Assembly: GCA_035464095.1 (NCBI GenBank)
Contig: DATHSO010000080.1
Coordinates: 4,024 to 68,023 of the forward strand
Length of the DNA: 64,000 nt
Direction: 5' to 3'
Origin: Candidatus Methylomirabilota bacterium
GTDB taxonomy: Bacteria > Acidobacteriota > Thermoanaerobaculia > Thermoanaerobaculales > Sulfomarinibacteraceae
Shown here: one piece after another, positions 13,061 to 22,452 of the stretch
Position numbering within the stretch: the first letter of the stretch is position 1
Layout of the letters: each line of letters opens with the position of its first letter
Program-made: the position numbers and the translations under genes
The notes under the pieces: model-generated
Seen by the model: the letters and a program-made list of their open reading frames with translations, nothing else
Told to the model about the DNA's origin: nothing
Databases searched by the model: none

Positions 13061-13407
13061 GGAAGCCTCCTTCGGCGAGACTGAGACTAGTTCCTAAATA
13101 CTTTCGGATCAGGCACATGTGATTGTACACCGCAGAGCTCAGCTTGCCGCCCTTGGCGGAGCGGCGGGATTCGGGGCTGCCCCCAGGCGCGGGGCGGGAT
13201 CGCCCCCTGAGCCGGTTGCACCCAGCTCCCTCATGGGCGCTCGTGGCGGTGGGTGTCACAGTCGCCCGCGCCCTCGCGACTCTGACCTTCTTGGGGGGTT
13301 CGATCCACTCGCCGTCACGGTGGCACTCGAGCTCGAGCCGGTTTCACCGTGCTGTGGCCCGTACTCTCGGAGGGGCGGGTCTTCCACCCGCCGTCACGGT
13401 CGGACCC

Positions 13408-14160
13408 TCATCCCGCGCCTTCCCGGAGGCTGTCGACGATCCCGACCAGCTCGGCCGGGTGCTCGATCCGGTGGTTCGGCACGACCTTCCAGCCCGCGCC
13501 GTCGCTTCCATCCCCGAAGTGGGCCGCCACCGACAGCACCCGGAGCTCGCGTCCGAGGGCGACCAGGTCTCGGTTGGCGTTGGCCGCGCACAGGATGTCG
13601 GCCTCGTGGTCGCCGACGAAGAGCACGGTGGCGGGCTCGGTGACCCCGATATCGTCGATCGCGCGCAGCAGACCGTCCGGGGCCGGCTTCTGGCGGTGCA
13701 TGGGCACCTCGGCGTAGCCGATGATGACCGCGAAGTAGCGGTCGACCCGGGCCGCCCTGAGAGCCTGGGCGATGATCGCCCGGTCGTTCTGGGACACCAC
13801 CGCCTGGGCGAGGTCCTTGAAGTGCTCGAGGGTCGGCGCGACGCCGTCGAAAAGCGGCACCGGGGTCGGGTCGTTGAGCTGGTACGGGGCCCAGCGCGAG
13901 GCCGCCTGGGCGCACTGCTCGCGGGTCAGGCCGAGGGCCGAGACGTAGAGCTCCTGCCAGTTGCTGACCCGGTTCCAGGCGGCGTGGTACGCCTCCACCG
14001 AGCTCAGGGCCGAGACCTCCTGCCACGTACGGCCGGTCATCTCCTCGACGATCCTGCGGTTGACGCTGAGGTTGCGCAGGCTCGTGTCGGCCATCGTGCC
14101 GTCGAAGTCCCAGAGAATCGCCCGCAGCGGGTAGCTCGTCTGCACCGCGACATTATGCAC
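13408..14160 (-). CDS. HAD-superfamily hydrolase (phosphoglycolate phosphatase-like)
   Basis: DxDGT motif (LWDFDGTMADT) and VGDHEAD motif. The ORF maximum (to 14277) runs into a palindromic repeat, so the start is placed at the GTG at 14160. Start is uncertain. Confidence 0.6.
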   Translation of the reverse strand: MHNVAVQTSYPLRAILWDFDGTMADTSLRNLSVNRRIVEEMTGRTWQEVSALSSVEAYHAAWNRVSNWQELYVSALGLTREQCAQAASRWAPYQLNDPTPVPLFDGVAPTLEHFKDLAQAVVSQNDRAIIAQALRAARVDRYFAVIIGYAEVPMHRQKPAPDGLLRAIDDIGVTEPATVLFVGDHEADILCAANANRDLVALGRELRVLSVAAHFGDGSDGAGWKVVPNHRIEHPAELVGIVDSLREGAG

Positions 14161-14244
14161 GGCCCGGATGCGTCCCGGTGTGATGCCGGACCTTCTCGTA
14201 GCACGCGGCGCCACCGTCCCCAACTTGACGAACTCACCCGGAGC

Positions 14245-14332
14245 GTGCCAGGTACGGCGACTTGACAAACTCGCCACGAACCCTGTGAGTGCAGCATCAC
14301 TGCCGAGTTTGTCAAGTCGCGGTACCTGGCAC
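14245..14332. repeat. 88-bp palindromic element (GTGCCAGGTACGGCGACTTGACAAACT arms)
   Basis: 28-nt arms (27/28 complementary) around a 32-nt loop. The left arm is identical to that of the copy at 35276. A partial extra arm (caacttgacgaactc) lies at 14221-14235. Confidence 0.8.
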
Positions 14333-14341
14333 CGTGTGCTC

Positions 14342-16267
14342 TCACTCCACCCGGATCTCGAGGTCCGCGAGCTCGTCGACGGCTGACTCGAGCGCTGCGT
14401 CGAAGGCCTCCTCGGTGCCGATCCGCACCGGGGAGAACCGGTCGTCGAGGATCTCCCGAGCCTCGCGGCGCGAGACGTTCACCTCGAGCAGGTCGTCGTG
14501 AAGGCGGATCGAGGCCTCCTCGAGCAACCGGGCGGCGGCCTCGGCGAAAGGAGCGTCGGGGCCGGTCACCGATCCGAGGTGGGACCGCAGCACGGCTGCG
14601 ACGTCGCCCTTCAGAGCCTCCTGCAGCCGATCGCCGAGGCGCTCCATCTTCCGGTGAAGTGGCTCGAGCTCGGCTTGGAGTCGCTCCATGCGCTCGTGCT
14701 GCCGGGCCATGACCTCGTGGCTGCGCTCCATCCGCTCGTGGATGCGGGCGGTCTGCTCCTCGGTCAGCCGGGCAATCCGCTCGTGCAGCGGCCCGAGCTG
14801 CTCGTGGATCCTCTCGAGCTGCTCCCGGTAGGGGCTCATGTCGACGTGGACGGACTCGAGCTCGAGATGGAGGTTCTCCGTCTGCTCGTGGATCTGCCGC
14901 TTGATCTCCTCGAGCGTGCCGTCGTCGATGTGGAAGGTCATGGACTCGAGCCGCTCCTGCATCGCCTCCATGCGCTCCCGAAACGGCGCCATGTCCACTT
15001 CGATCCGTTCGATCTGCTCGAGGAAGGGCTTCATCTGGGCCTGGAGGCGTACGATGGCCTCGTGGTCGATCTCGGCCTCCATGGCCTCGATCTCCTCGAC
15101 GATCGGGGCCATCTCGATGTCGATCTCCCCGATCTTCTCGAGCTGAGGTTCGAGCCGCGCCTCGGCCTCCCGCATGTCGGCGACGGCTGATCGCAGCTCC
15201 GGGCTGGCGGTGCGCTCGGCGGCGGTCGGCTGCACGGCCGCGATGGCCGGGACGAGAGCGGCGGTGACGATGACGGCGGGGAGGATCAGCCGGAGGCCGA
15301 CCCGACGGTGGTGGTCGCGATTCAGGATGGTCATGATGCGTTCCTCCAGGTGCGAGCGCCGGGCCATGGAGAGGCCGGCGGAAGCGACGGCCGGGCGCGG
15401 CACGGCGGCGCGCGCTATGCCCAGCAGGTGGCAGGCGTAGGTCGAGGCCCGGGACCCCATGGACAGGACCTCCTCGTCGCAGGCGAGCTCCTGCTCCAGG
15501 TCGAGCCGGCGAACCGCCCACCAGGCGAGGGGGTTGAACCAGTAGACGGCGGCGGCGAGCCGGGCGGCGAGTCGCACGGGCCAGTCGTACCGGACGACGT
15601 GGACGAGCTCGTGCCGGAGCACCGCGGTGCGGCGGTCCTCGAGCCAGGTGTCGGCGTGGCTGGGCAGGATCACCACCGGCCGCAGCAGACCGAAGACGGC
15701 GGGCACGTCGACCTCCGGGCTGACGACCAGGCGGACCCGCCGGCGGCACCCGACCTCACGGCGGGCGGCGGCGAGCAGGTCGCGCCAACCCCGGTCGAGC
15801 ACCGGTCGGGCCCGCCCGACGACCCGGGTCATCCGCGACAGACCGACCCCGTGGTAAGCGGCGAGAATCAGCACTGCCCCGAGCCAGAAGAGGATACCCA
15901 CGAGCTCGAGGTCGACGGCGGACCACCAGGGAGCGGCGACGGGGATTCGGACCTCGAGGACCGGGGCCGGGGATGCCGCCGGCGAATGGGCAGGATCGGT
16001 GAGTTTCCGCGCGGGCGGCGAGGCCGACGACGAGCCACCGGTCTGAGTAGCGAGCTCGGCGAGAGCGGCCGGCAACGGAATCGAAACCGCCGGCACGACG
16101 GCCGCGACGAAGGGGACGAGCACGGCGCCGATCAGGGCGGTCGCCAACACCGCGGCTCGCAGCCGTGCGGGCCGCCGACGCATGGCGAGCGTGACGCCGA
16201 AGGCGGCCGCGAGGAGGAGACAGGCCTTCAGGCAGCCGAGGACGACACCGGCCACGGTGCTCATCAC
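14342..16267 (-). CDS. BlaR1/MecR1-like M56 peptidase signal transducer with atypical coiled-coil repeat sensor domain
   Basis: Multi-pass N-terminal domain with HELVH zinc motif. 4-nt overlap with the upstream BlaI-like gene. The C-terminal ~300 aa is E/R/M-rich with repeated (V/I)D(M)(A/S)P(F/Y/I)xE motifs instead of a penicillin-binding fold. Confidence 0.75.
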   Translation of the reverse strand: MMSTVAGVVLGCLKACLLLAAAFGVTLAMRRRPARLRAAVLATALIGAVLVPFVAAVVPAVSIPLPAALAELATQTGGSSSASPPARKLTDPAHSPAASPAPVLEVRIPVAAPWWSAVDLELVGILFWLGAVLILAAYHGVGLSRMTRVVGRARPVLDRGWRDLLAAARREVGCRRRVRLVVSPEVDVPAVFGLLRPVVILPSHADTWLEDRRTAVLRHELVHVVRYDWPVRLAARLAAAVYWFNPLAWWAVRRLDLEQELACDEEVLSMGSRASTYACHLLGIARAAVPRPAVASAGLSMARRSHLEERIMTILNRDHHRRVGLRLILPAVIVTAALVPAIAAVQPTAAERTASPELRSAVADMREAEARLEPQLEKIGEIDIEMAPIVEEIEAMEAEIDHEAIVRLQAQMKPFLEQIERIEVDMAPFRERMEAMQERLESMTFHIDDGTLEEIKRQIHEQTENLHLELESVHVDMSPYREQLERIHEQLGPLHERIARLTEEQTARIHERMERSHEVMARQHERMERLQAELEPLHRKMERLGDRLQEALKGDVAAVLRSHLGSVTGPDAPFAEAAARLLEEASIRLHDDLLEVNVSRREAREILDDRFSPVRIGTEEAFDAALESAVDELADLEIRVE

Positions 16268-16650
16268 CGACCGTCCTTCCTCGCCTCGGCGATCCGCCGG
16301 GCGATCCGGGCGAGGGCGTCCTCGTCGAGGCGATCGTCGTCGAGCTCGAGCAGAGCGGCGACCGCGTTCTCGGGGGAGCCGCCGAAGAAGGTGTTCACGA
16401 CCCGCCGCAGCGCCGACTCGCGGGCCTCCTCGCGGGGTACGGTCGGTCGGTAGACGTACCGCGGCCCGTCGCTGGAGTGGCTCAGGTGGCCCTTCTCCTC
16501 GAGGATCCGCAGCATGGCGCGCACCGCCGAGTACGACGGCGGGTCGGGGAGGCTTTCACGGACCTCGGCCGCGGTGGCGCGGCCACGGGGGTAGATCACC
16601 TCCATGATCTGTCGCTCTCGGCGGCTGAGCTGGGGTGTGTCGCCGGCCAT
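16264..16650 (-). CDS. BlaI/MecI/CopY-family transcriptional repressor
   Basis: 128 aa. LSRRERQIMEVIY..ATAAEVRESL winged-helix N-terminus. AAGGAG RBS. Overlaps the BlaR1-like gene. Confidence 0.85.
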   Translation of the reverse strand: MAGDTPQLSRRERQIMEVIYPRGRATAAEVRESLPDPPSYSAVRAMLRILEEKGHLSHSSDGPRYVYRPTVPREEARESALRRVVNTFFGGSPENAVAALLELDDDRLDEDALARIARRIAEARKDGR

Positions 16651-16679
16651 CGTGGGACTCCTTGGTCGCGATCCGGTGA

Positions 16680-16733
16680 TGCTAAAAATTTAGCATCATG
16701 CTAATAATTTAGCACTAGATTTCGGTTTGTCAA
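16680..16733 (-). promoter_or_regulatory. candidate promoter (TTGACA-16 nt-TAAATT) overlapped by two TGCTAA-N4-TTAGCA operator palindromes
   Basis: tgctaaaaatttagca (16680-16695) and tgctaataatttagca (16699-16714) lie 30-65 nt upstream of the repressor start. TTGACA on the minus strand at 16733-16728. Confidence 0.5.
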
Positions 16734-16977
16734 GGCCCGGCTCCTCGGTTGATACGGACGGCAGCGCAGGTTGTTCCACTGGACACGGGCAACCAAGCTG
16801 CACCTGTCGGGCGTTGGCTGGTCGTGAGGATGCGCCGGCCTTCAGATCGGCATCATGCCGCCGCTCGATGATCCCGTCCCCGACCTGGAGGTCGCTGCTT
16901 AAAGTCGGCCCCGGATTCGCGCCTGCAGCCACGGCCGGACCCGGACCCGGACCCCGATCCGTCCGGGATCTGGATCG

Positions 16978-17066
16978 ACTCATGTGCGCCCCCGGGCCGG
17001 TCGGCGCGGCCGACTCGCCGCCGCAATTCGTCCGACGAGTTGCTGCCGCTGTCCCCACGTCGCCGG
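16978..17066. repeat. dispersed ~85-bp repeat, copy 1 (contains caattcgtccgacgagttg hairpin)
   Basis: About 85% identical by eye to 20545-20624. Both give the same artefactual peptide MRPRAGRR.R.AAAIRPT in the ORF track. Confidence 0.6.
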
Positions 17067-17113
17067 AACACCCCCGGCGCGCACTCGGTTGTCCACCATC
17101 GAGGAGGCCCGCC

Positions 17114-17512
17114 ATGTCCGAAAGCACCTATGCCATGATTCGCGAGCTGCCCGACCTGGACTACGACGCGGCGGTGGCGCGGGTGACCGAGCTGCTCGCC
17201 GACGAGGGCTTCGGGGTCCTCACCGAGATCGATGTCAAGGCGACCCTCAAGAAGAAGCTCGACGTCGACTTCAGGCGCTACCTGATCCTCGGAGCCTGCA
17301 ACCCGCCCCTGGCCCACCGGGCGCTGTCGGCCGAGACCGACATCGGGGTGCTCCTGCCCTGCAACGTCTGCGTCAGCGAGCGCGAGGGCGGCGGCAGCCG
17401 GGTCGCCGCCATGAACCCCACCGCTGCCTTCGAGCTCGTCGACAACCCCGAGGTCTCACCCATTGCCCGCGACGTCCGCGAACGGATCCAGCGCGTGCTC
17501 GACGCGATCTGA
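17114..17512 (+). CDS. DUF302-domain protein
   Basis: ORF trimmed to the ATG at 17114 behind GAGGAGG. FGVLTEIDVKATLKKKL..YLILGACNP is typical of DUF302. Confidence 0.75.
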   Translation: MSESTYAMIRELPDLDYDAAVARVTELLADEGFGVLTEIDVKATLKKKLDVDFRRYLILGACNPPLAHRALSAETDIGVLLPCNVCVSEREGGGSRVAAMNPTAAFELVDNPEVSPIARDVRERIQRVLDAI

Positions 17513-17544
17513 CCGCGCGGTGTGACCGCGGCCGACGGCCGTGG

Positions 17545-17751
17545 TCACGCGCGCCGGAGCGCCTCCTCGGCGATCCACGAGTTGAGTCCCGACGGCGCGT
17601 CGTGGCTGCGGCACCAGGCGTCGAGCTGACGCAGCACGTCCCGACAGGCGGCGCGATCGGCGGCGGACCGGCAACGGCGCTCTCGGGTCAAGCTCTCGGG
17701 GGCGACGGGGGGCGGTGCCGGCTGGCGGTCGAGCACGGTGAGCTGGGCCAT
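17545..17751 (-). CDS. small hypothetical protein (68 aa)
   Basis: ATG at 17751 preceded by AAGGAG. Third codon positions are almost all G/C. No recognisable family. Confidence 0.4.
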   Translation of the reverse strand: MAQLTVLDRQPAPPPVAPESLTRERRCRSAADRAACRDVLRQLDAWCRSHDAPSGLNSWIAEEALRRA

Positions 17752-17847
17752 GGCGGTCTCCTTTTCCTGTCGGAGACCAGCGTGGCATAAATGAGGTGTA
17801 AATGTCAAGCGGACCGCCGAAGCGCCTGCCCGTTCAAGGCGGAGCGG

Positions 17848-19068
<1,221 letters not shown>

Positions 19069-19594
19069 TGTTCTTCACTCCTTTGTCGGTTCTCGCGTTT
19101 CGTCCTCGAACGCGCGTCGGTTCCGTGTTCGGGCCGTCTCACCGAGCGAGCTCGACGCTCGCGGGCGCCGCGCCGGTCAGTGGCGGCGGCCCAAGCCACT
19201 ATCTCGTCAAGAAAGCTCGCTGCCGAGCTGGGTTCTCCTGACCCGACCGTACTGCGGGGAGTCCACAGTCGTACACCGGGGGCGCCCCGAGGCGGCTCGC
19301 GTTTCTGAAACGCGGTGTGTTCTCATCATCACGGCCCACATATACCGGATCCGTGAGGGGCGAGGATGTGACCCGCTACCGATTTCAGCTGCGTCGTCGA
19401 GAGGCTCGACGCTTCCGTGCCCCCGCTGTCCCCGGGAATGGACGCTGCTGCCCCTCGTGGGGGTCGTTTCGGTCCCACTTTCGGGCGCGGCACGGGCGGC
19501 CGGTTCGGCATCGAACTTGCAACATGAGAGAGCACTGCGCGGCCGCGAGTGACATCCGACGGTGCCCGCGAGCCCGAAAAAGGAGCGACGAGCC

Positions 19595-20176
19595 ATGCGA
19601 CGACCGATTCGATTCCTGGTCATGGGAGCTCTGCTGGTGGTCCTGGGGTCGTGCGCCACCGGTCGCTACGTGGTCGACTGGGACACCCGGCACGACTTCA
19701 GCGGAGCCGGCACCTACGCCTGGTTCGAGCTCGCGCCCTCGCCCCACAAGGGCGAGCCGCCGAGCCGGGCCAACGCCATCGTCGCCGGCCGGATCCACCG
19801 CGCCGTCGACCAGGCCTTGGCCGCCAAGGGCTTCGGCAAGGCCGAGGTGGGCGAGGCCGACCTCATGGTGACCTACGCGCTGGTCCTGCGGCCACGGGTG
19901 GTGATGGTCCACACCGGCTGGGCCTACCCCTTCGGCGGCTGGGGCTGGGGCTGGGGTGGTTGGGGCGGTTGGGGCGGCTGGGGTGGCTGGGGCGGCGGCT
20001 GGACCAGCTCCCGCACCTACACCGAGGGCACCCTGGTGGTCGACGTCCTCGACGGCACGAATCGCCAGCTCGTCTGGCGGGGTGTCGCCGACGGCGCCTT
20101 CACCCGGCCCAACCCCTCCGACGAGCGGGTCGCCCGGGTCGTGGCACGGGTGCTGCGCGACTTCCCACCGGCCTGA
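19595..20176 (+). CDS. DUF4136-like lipoprotein with (GW)n insert
   Basis: Lipobox LGSC. Pattern DWDTRHDFSGAGTYAW ... GTLVVDVLDGTNRQLVWRG. AAAGGAG RBS before the ATG at 19595. Confidence 0.7.
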   Translation: MRRPIRFLVMGALLVVLGSCATGRYVVDWDTRHDFSGAGTYAWFELAPSPHKGEPPSRANAIVAGRIHRAVDQALAAKGFGKAEVGEADLMVTYALVLRPRVVMVHTGWAYPFGGWGWGWGGWGGWGGWGGWGGGWTSSRTYTEGTLVVDVLDGTNRQLVWRGVADGAFTRPNPSDERVARVVARVLRDFPPA

Positions 20177-20182
20177 AGGCCG

Positions 20183-20259
20183 CTTTTCCCGGCCGGATCC
20201 GGCTTCGCCGCTCTCGCCCGGGAAAAGGACGGCAGGGGCTTCCCGCCCCTTGCCGAATC
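20183..20259. repeat. two-hairpin dispersed element, copy B1
   Basis: cttttcccgg...ccgggaaaag stem, then ggcaggggc..gccccttgcc stem, then CCGAATC. Starts 7 nt after the DUF4136 stop codon. Confidence 0.65.
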
Positions 20260-20341
20260 AGCCTCTCGGCTGGGAGGCGCCCTTCGAGTCAGCGGCTTCT
20301 GAGAAAGACGTCGGCTTCACCGTCGGCGACGATGTGGGTTT

Positions 20342-20376
20342 CAGTGACAGTGACAGTGACAGTCGCAGTGAACAGT
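20342..20376. repeat. hexamer microsatellite (CAGTGA)n
   Basis: cagtga cagtga cagtga cagtcg cagtga acagt, in an intergenic region. Confidence 0.7.
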
Positions 20377-20544
20377 TTCCGGATCCGGGTCTGGCGCTGT
20401 CGATGCCGCAGGGCTCGTGACGACGGGTATCAACCCCGCCCCATGAGGCCAATTCGGCAACCACAGGGCGAGTCCGGTAACCAGCCGTAGGGGAGGGTTT
20501 TACACCCTCCCACCGGTCGAGGACGCCGTCGCGTCCGAGCCGGA

Positions 20545-20624
20545 ACTCGTGTGCGCCCGCGGGCTGGTCGGCGCGTCCGGCGCGCCGCCGCAATTCGTCC
20601 GACGAATTGTGGCCACGTCCGCGG
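20545..20624. repeat. dispersed ~85-bp repeat, copy 2 (perfect caattcgtc-c-gacgaattg hairpin)
   Basis: See 16978-17066. Lies 33 nt beyond the stop of the MinD-like gene. Confidence 0.6.
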
Positions 20625-20656
20625 CTGGTGCGCTCGGCGCACCGCGACCCGAGCGG

Positions 20657-21571
20657 CTACGGTGGCGCGCTGGCGCCGCGGGTCTGGGGCAGCTGCCGGC
20701 GGCCGGCGTCGAGCATGGGCCGCAGGCGCTCGAAGATCCGGACCATCGCCTCGGCCCCGGCGCCCCCCATCTCGACGGCGGTGCGGCCGGCGAGCTGGGC
20801 GGTGGTCACGGCCAGGTCGTAGGGGATGCGCCCGAGCACAGCAGCGCCCCGGCGCTCGGCGAGCTCCTCGATGGCCCTGGTCAGGTCCGGGTACAGGTCC
20901 CACTTGTTGACCACCACCACCGCCGGGACCTCGAAGTGGGCGGCGAGCTCGAGGAGGCGTTCGAGGTCGTGGACCCCGGACGTCGTCGGCTCGGCTACCG
21001 CGAGCAGCCGGCTCGCGCCGCCCATGGTGGCGATCACCGGGCAGCCCACGCCGGGCGGGCCGTCGACCAGCACCATGCCGAGGCCGCGCTCGGCGGCCAG
21101 CCGGCGGGCCTCGCTGCGCACCAGGGTCACGAGCTTGCCCGAGCTCTCGCCCCCCGGCTCGAGGCGGGCGTGGACCATGGGCCCGACCCGGGTGTCGGAG
21201 ACGTACCACTCGCCGTTGAGCCGTGGCTCGAAGGCGACGGCCTTCTCCTCGCACAGGTGCACGCACAGCCCGCAGCCCTCGCACAGCAAGGGGTCGACGA
21301 CCGCCCGGCCGTCGGCGAGGGTGATCGCGCCCGCCCGGCACGGCTCGACGCAGACCGCGCAGCCGGTGCAGGCGCCCGGGATCACCACCGCCTCGTGGCC
21401 GGCGTAGAACGGCGTCCGCCGTCCGACCACCGGCTCCAGGAGCAGGTGGAGGTCGGCCGCGTCCACGTCGCAGTCGGCCACAACCGCGCGCTCGGCGAGG
21501 ACGGCCAGCGACGCGAGCACGCTGGTCTTGCCGGTGCCGCCCTTGCCGCTCGCGACCACCAGCTCGATCAC
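20657..21571 (-). CDS. MinD/ParA-type P-loop ATPase with embedded 2x[4Fe-4S] ferredoxin motifs
   Basis: GTG start at 21571 overlaps the upstream stop (GTGA). VASGKGGTGKTS Walker A. CTGCAVCVEPC and CEGCGLCVHLC cluster motifs. Confidence 0.8.
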   Translation of the reverse strand: MIELVVASGKGGTGKTSVLASLAVLAERAVVADCDVDAADLHLLLEPVVGRRTPFYAGHEAVVIPGACTGCAVCVEPCRAGAITLADGRAVVDPLLCEGCGLCVHLCEEKAVAFEPRLNGEWYVSDTRVGPMVHARLEPGGESSGKLVTLVRSEARRLAAERGLGMVLVDGPPGVGCPVIATMGGASRLLAVAEPTTSGVHDLERLLELAAHFEVPAVVVVNKWDLYPDLTRAIEELAERRGAAVLGRIPYDLAVTTAQLAGRTAVEMGGAGAEAMVRIFERLRPMLDAGRRQLPQTRGASAPP

Positions 21572-22452
21572 GGGGCGCCTCCCACGCGGACGTTTCCCGC
21601 CGGTGCTTGGTCGCCGTTCCGGGCGAGCCGCGCCAGCGCTTCGAGCAGCCCGGCGAAGGGTCCGCGCCACTCGGGGAAGGCCTCGACCAGCGGCCGGCCG
21701 CGGGCGTAGGCCTCGGCGATTCGCCGGTCCTGGGGGATCTCGAGCAGGATCGGGATGCCCTCGTCCCGGCAGTAGTCCTGGACCCGGTCGTCGCCGCAGC
21801 CGGCGCGGTTCACGACCACGCCGAAGGGGATGCCGAGCCGCCGCACCACCTCGACCGCCAGCGTCAGGTCGTGGAGCCCGAAGGGTGTCGGCTCGGTCAC
21901 CAGGAGGACGACGTCGGCGCCGCGCAGGGAGGCCATGACCGGGCAGCTCGTGCCGGGCGGGGCATCGACGATCACCAGCCCTGCTCCGTCGCCGCGCCGG
22001 CGGACCTCGCGCACCACCGGCGGCGCCAGCGCCTCGCCCACCGTCAGCCGGCCGGTCAGCAGCTCCACCGACCCGACCCGGGCGGTCGAGACCTCGCCGA
22101 GGGGTCGGGTCTCCTCCCGGATCGCCCCCTCCGGGCACAGCCACGTGCAGGCGCCGCAGCCGTGGCACAGGGTCGGGAAGACCATCGCGCCCTCGGGCAG
22201 GACCGCGATCGCGTTGAACTGGCAGACGTCCCCGCAGATGCCGCAGGCGTTGCAGAGCTCGGGGTCGACCACCGGGACCGGCAGGCCGACGGTTTCAACC
22301 GTTGCGGGCCCGGTCTCGAGGAAGAGGTGGCAGTTCGGCTCCTCCACGTCGCAGTCCAGCAGCCGGACCTCGCGGCCGGCGGCCAGCGCGAGGGAGGTGG
22401 CAACGGTGGTCTTGCCGGTGCCGCCCTTGCCCGAGGCGACGGCGACGATCAT
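21568..22452 (-). CDS. MinD/ParA-type P-loop ATPase with embedded 2x[4Fe-4S] ferredoxin motifs (paralogue)
   Basis: ATG at 22452 overlaps the upstream stop (ATGA). VASGKGGTGKTT. CNACGICGDVC and CHGCGACTWLC. Confidence 0.8.
   Translation of the reverse strand: MIVAVASGKGGTGKTTVATSLALAAGREVRLLDCDVEEPNCHLFLETGPATVETVGLPVPVVDPELCNACGICGDVCQFNAIAVLPEGAMVFPTLCHGCGACTWLCPEGAIREETRPLGEVSTARVGSVELLTGRLTVGEALAPPVVREVRRRGDGAGLVIVDAPPGTSCPVMASLRGADVVLLVTEPTPFGLHDLTLAVEVVRRLGIPFGVVVNRAGCGDDRVQDYCRDEGIPILLEIPQDRRIAEAYARGRPLVEAFPEWRGPFAGLLEALARLARNGDQAPAGNVRVGGAP

Noticed and set aside
14161-14277. N-terminal extensions MASLSSRRTWHA... (HAD gene) and MLSLSSRRTWHA / MTNSPRRLLPL... (35224-35346, TlpA-like gene)
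   Set aside because: The shared peptide is encoded by the 88-bp palindromic repeat itself, so the similarity is a repeat artefact. Starts were moved downstream of the elements.
14326-14342. TGGCAC at the right end of every GTGCCAGGT...ACCTGGCAC element read as a sigma-54 -24 box
   Set aside because: None of the copies has GC (TTGC) at the required GG-N10-GC spacing: the 14327 copy has GG-N8-GC, and no GC falls at that position in the others. The match is only the palindrome terminus.
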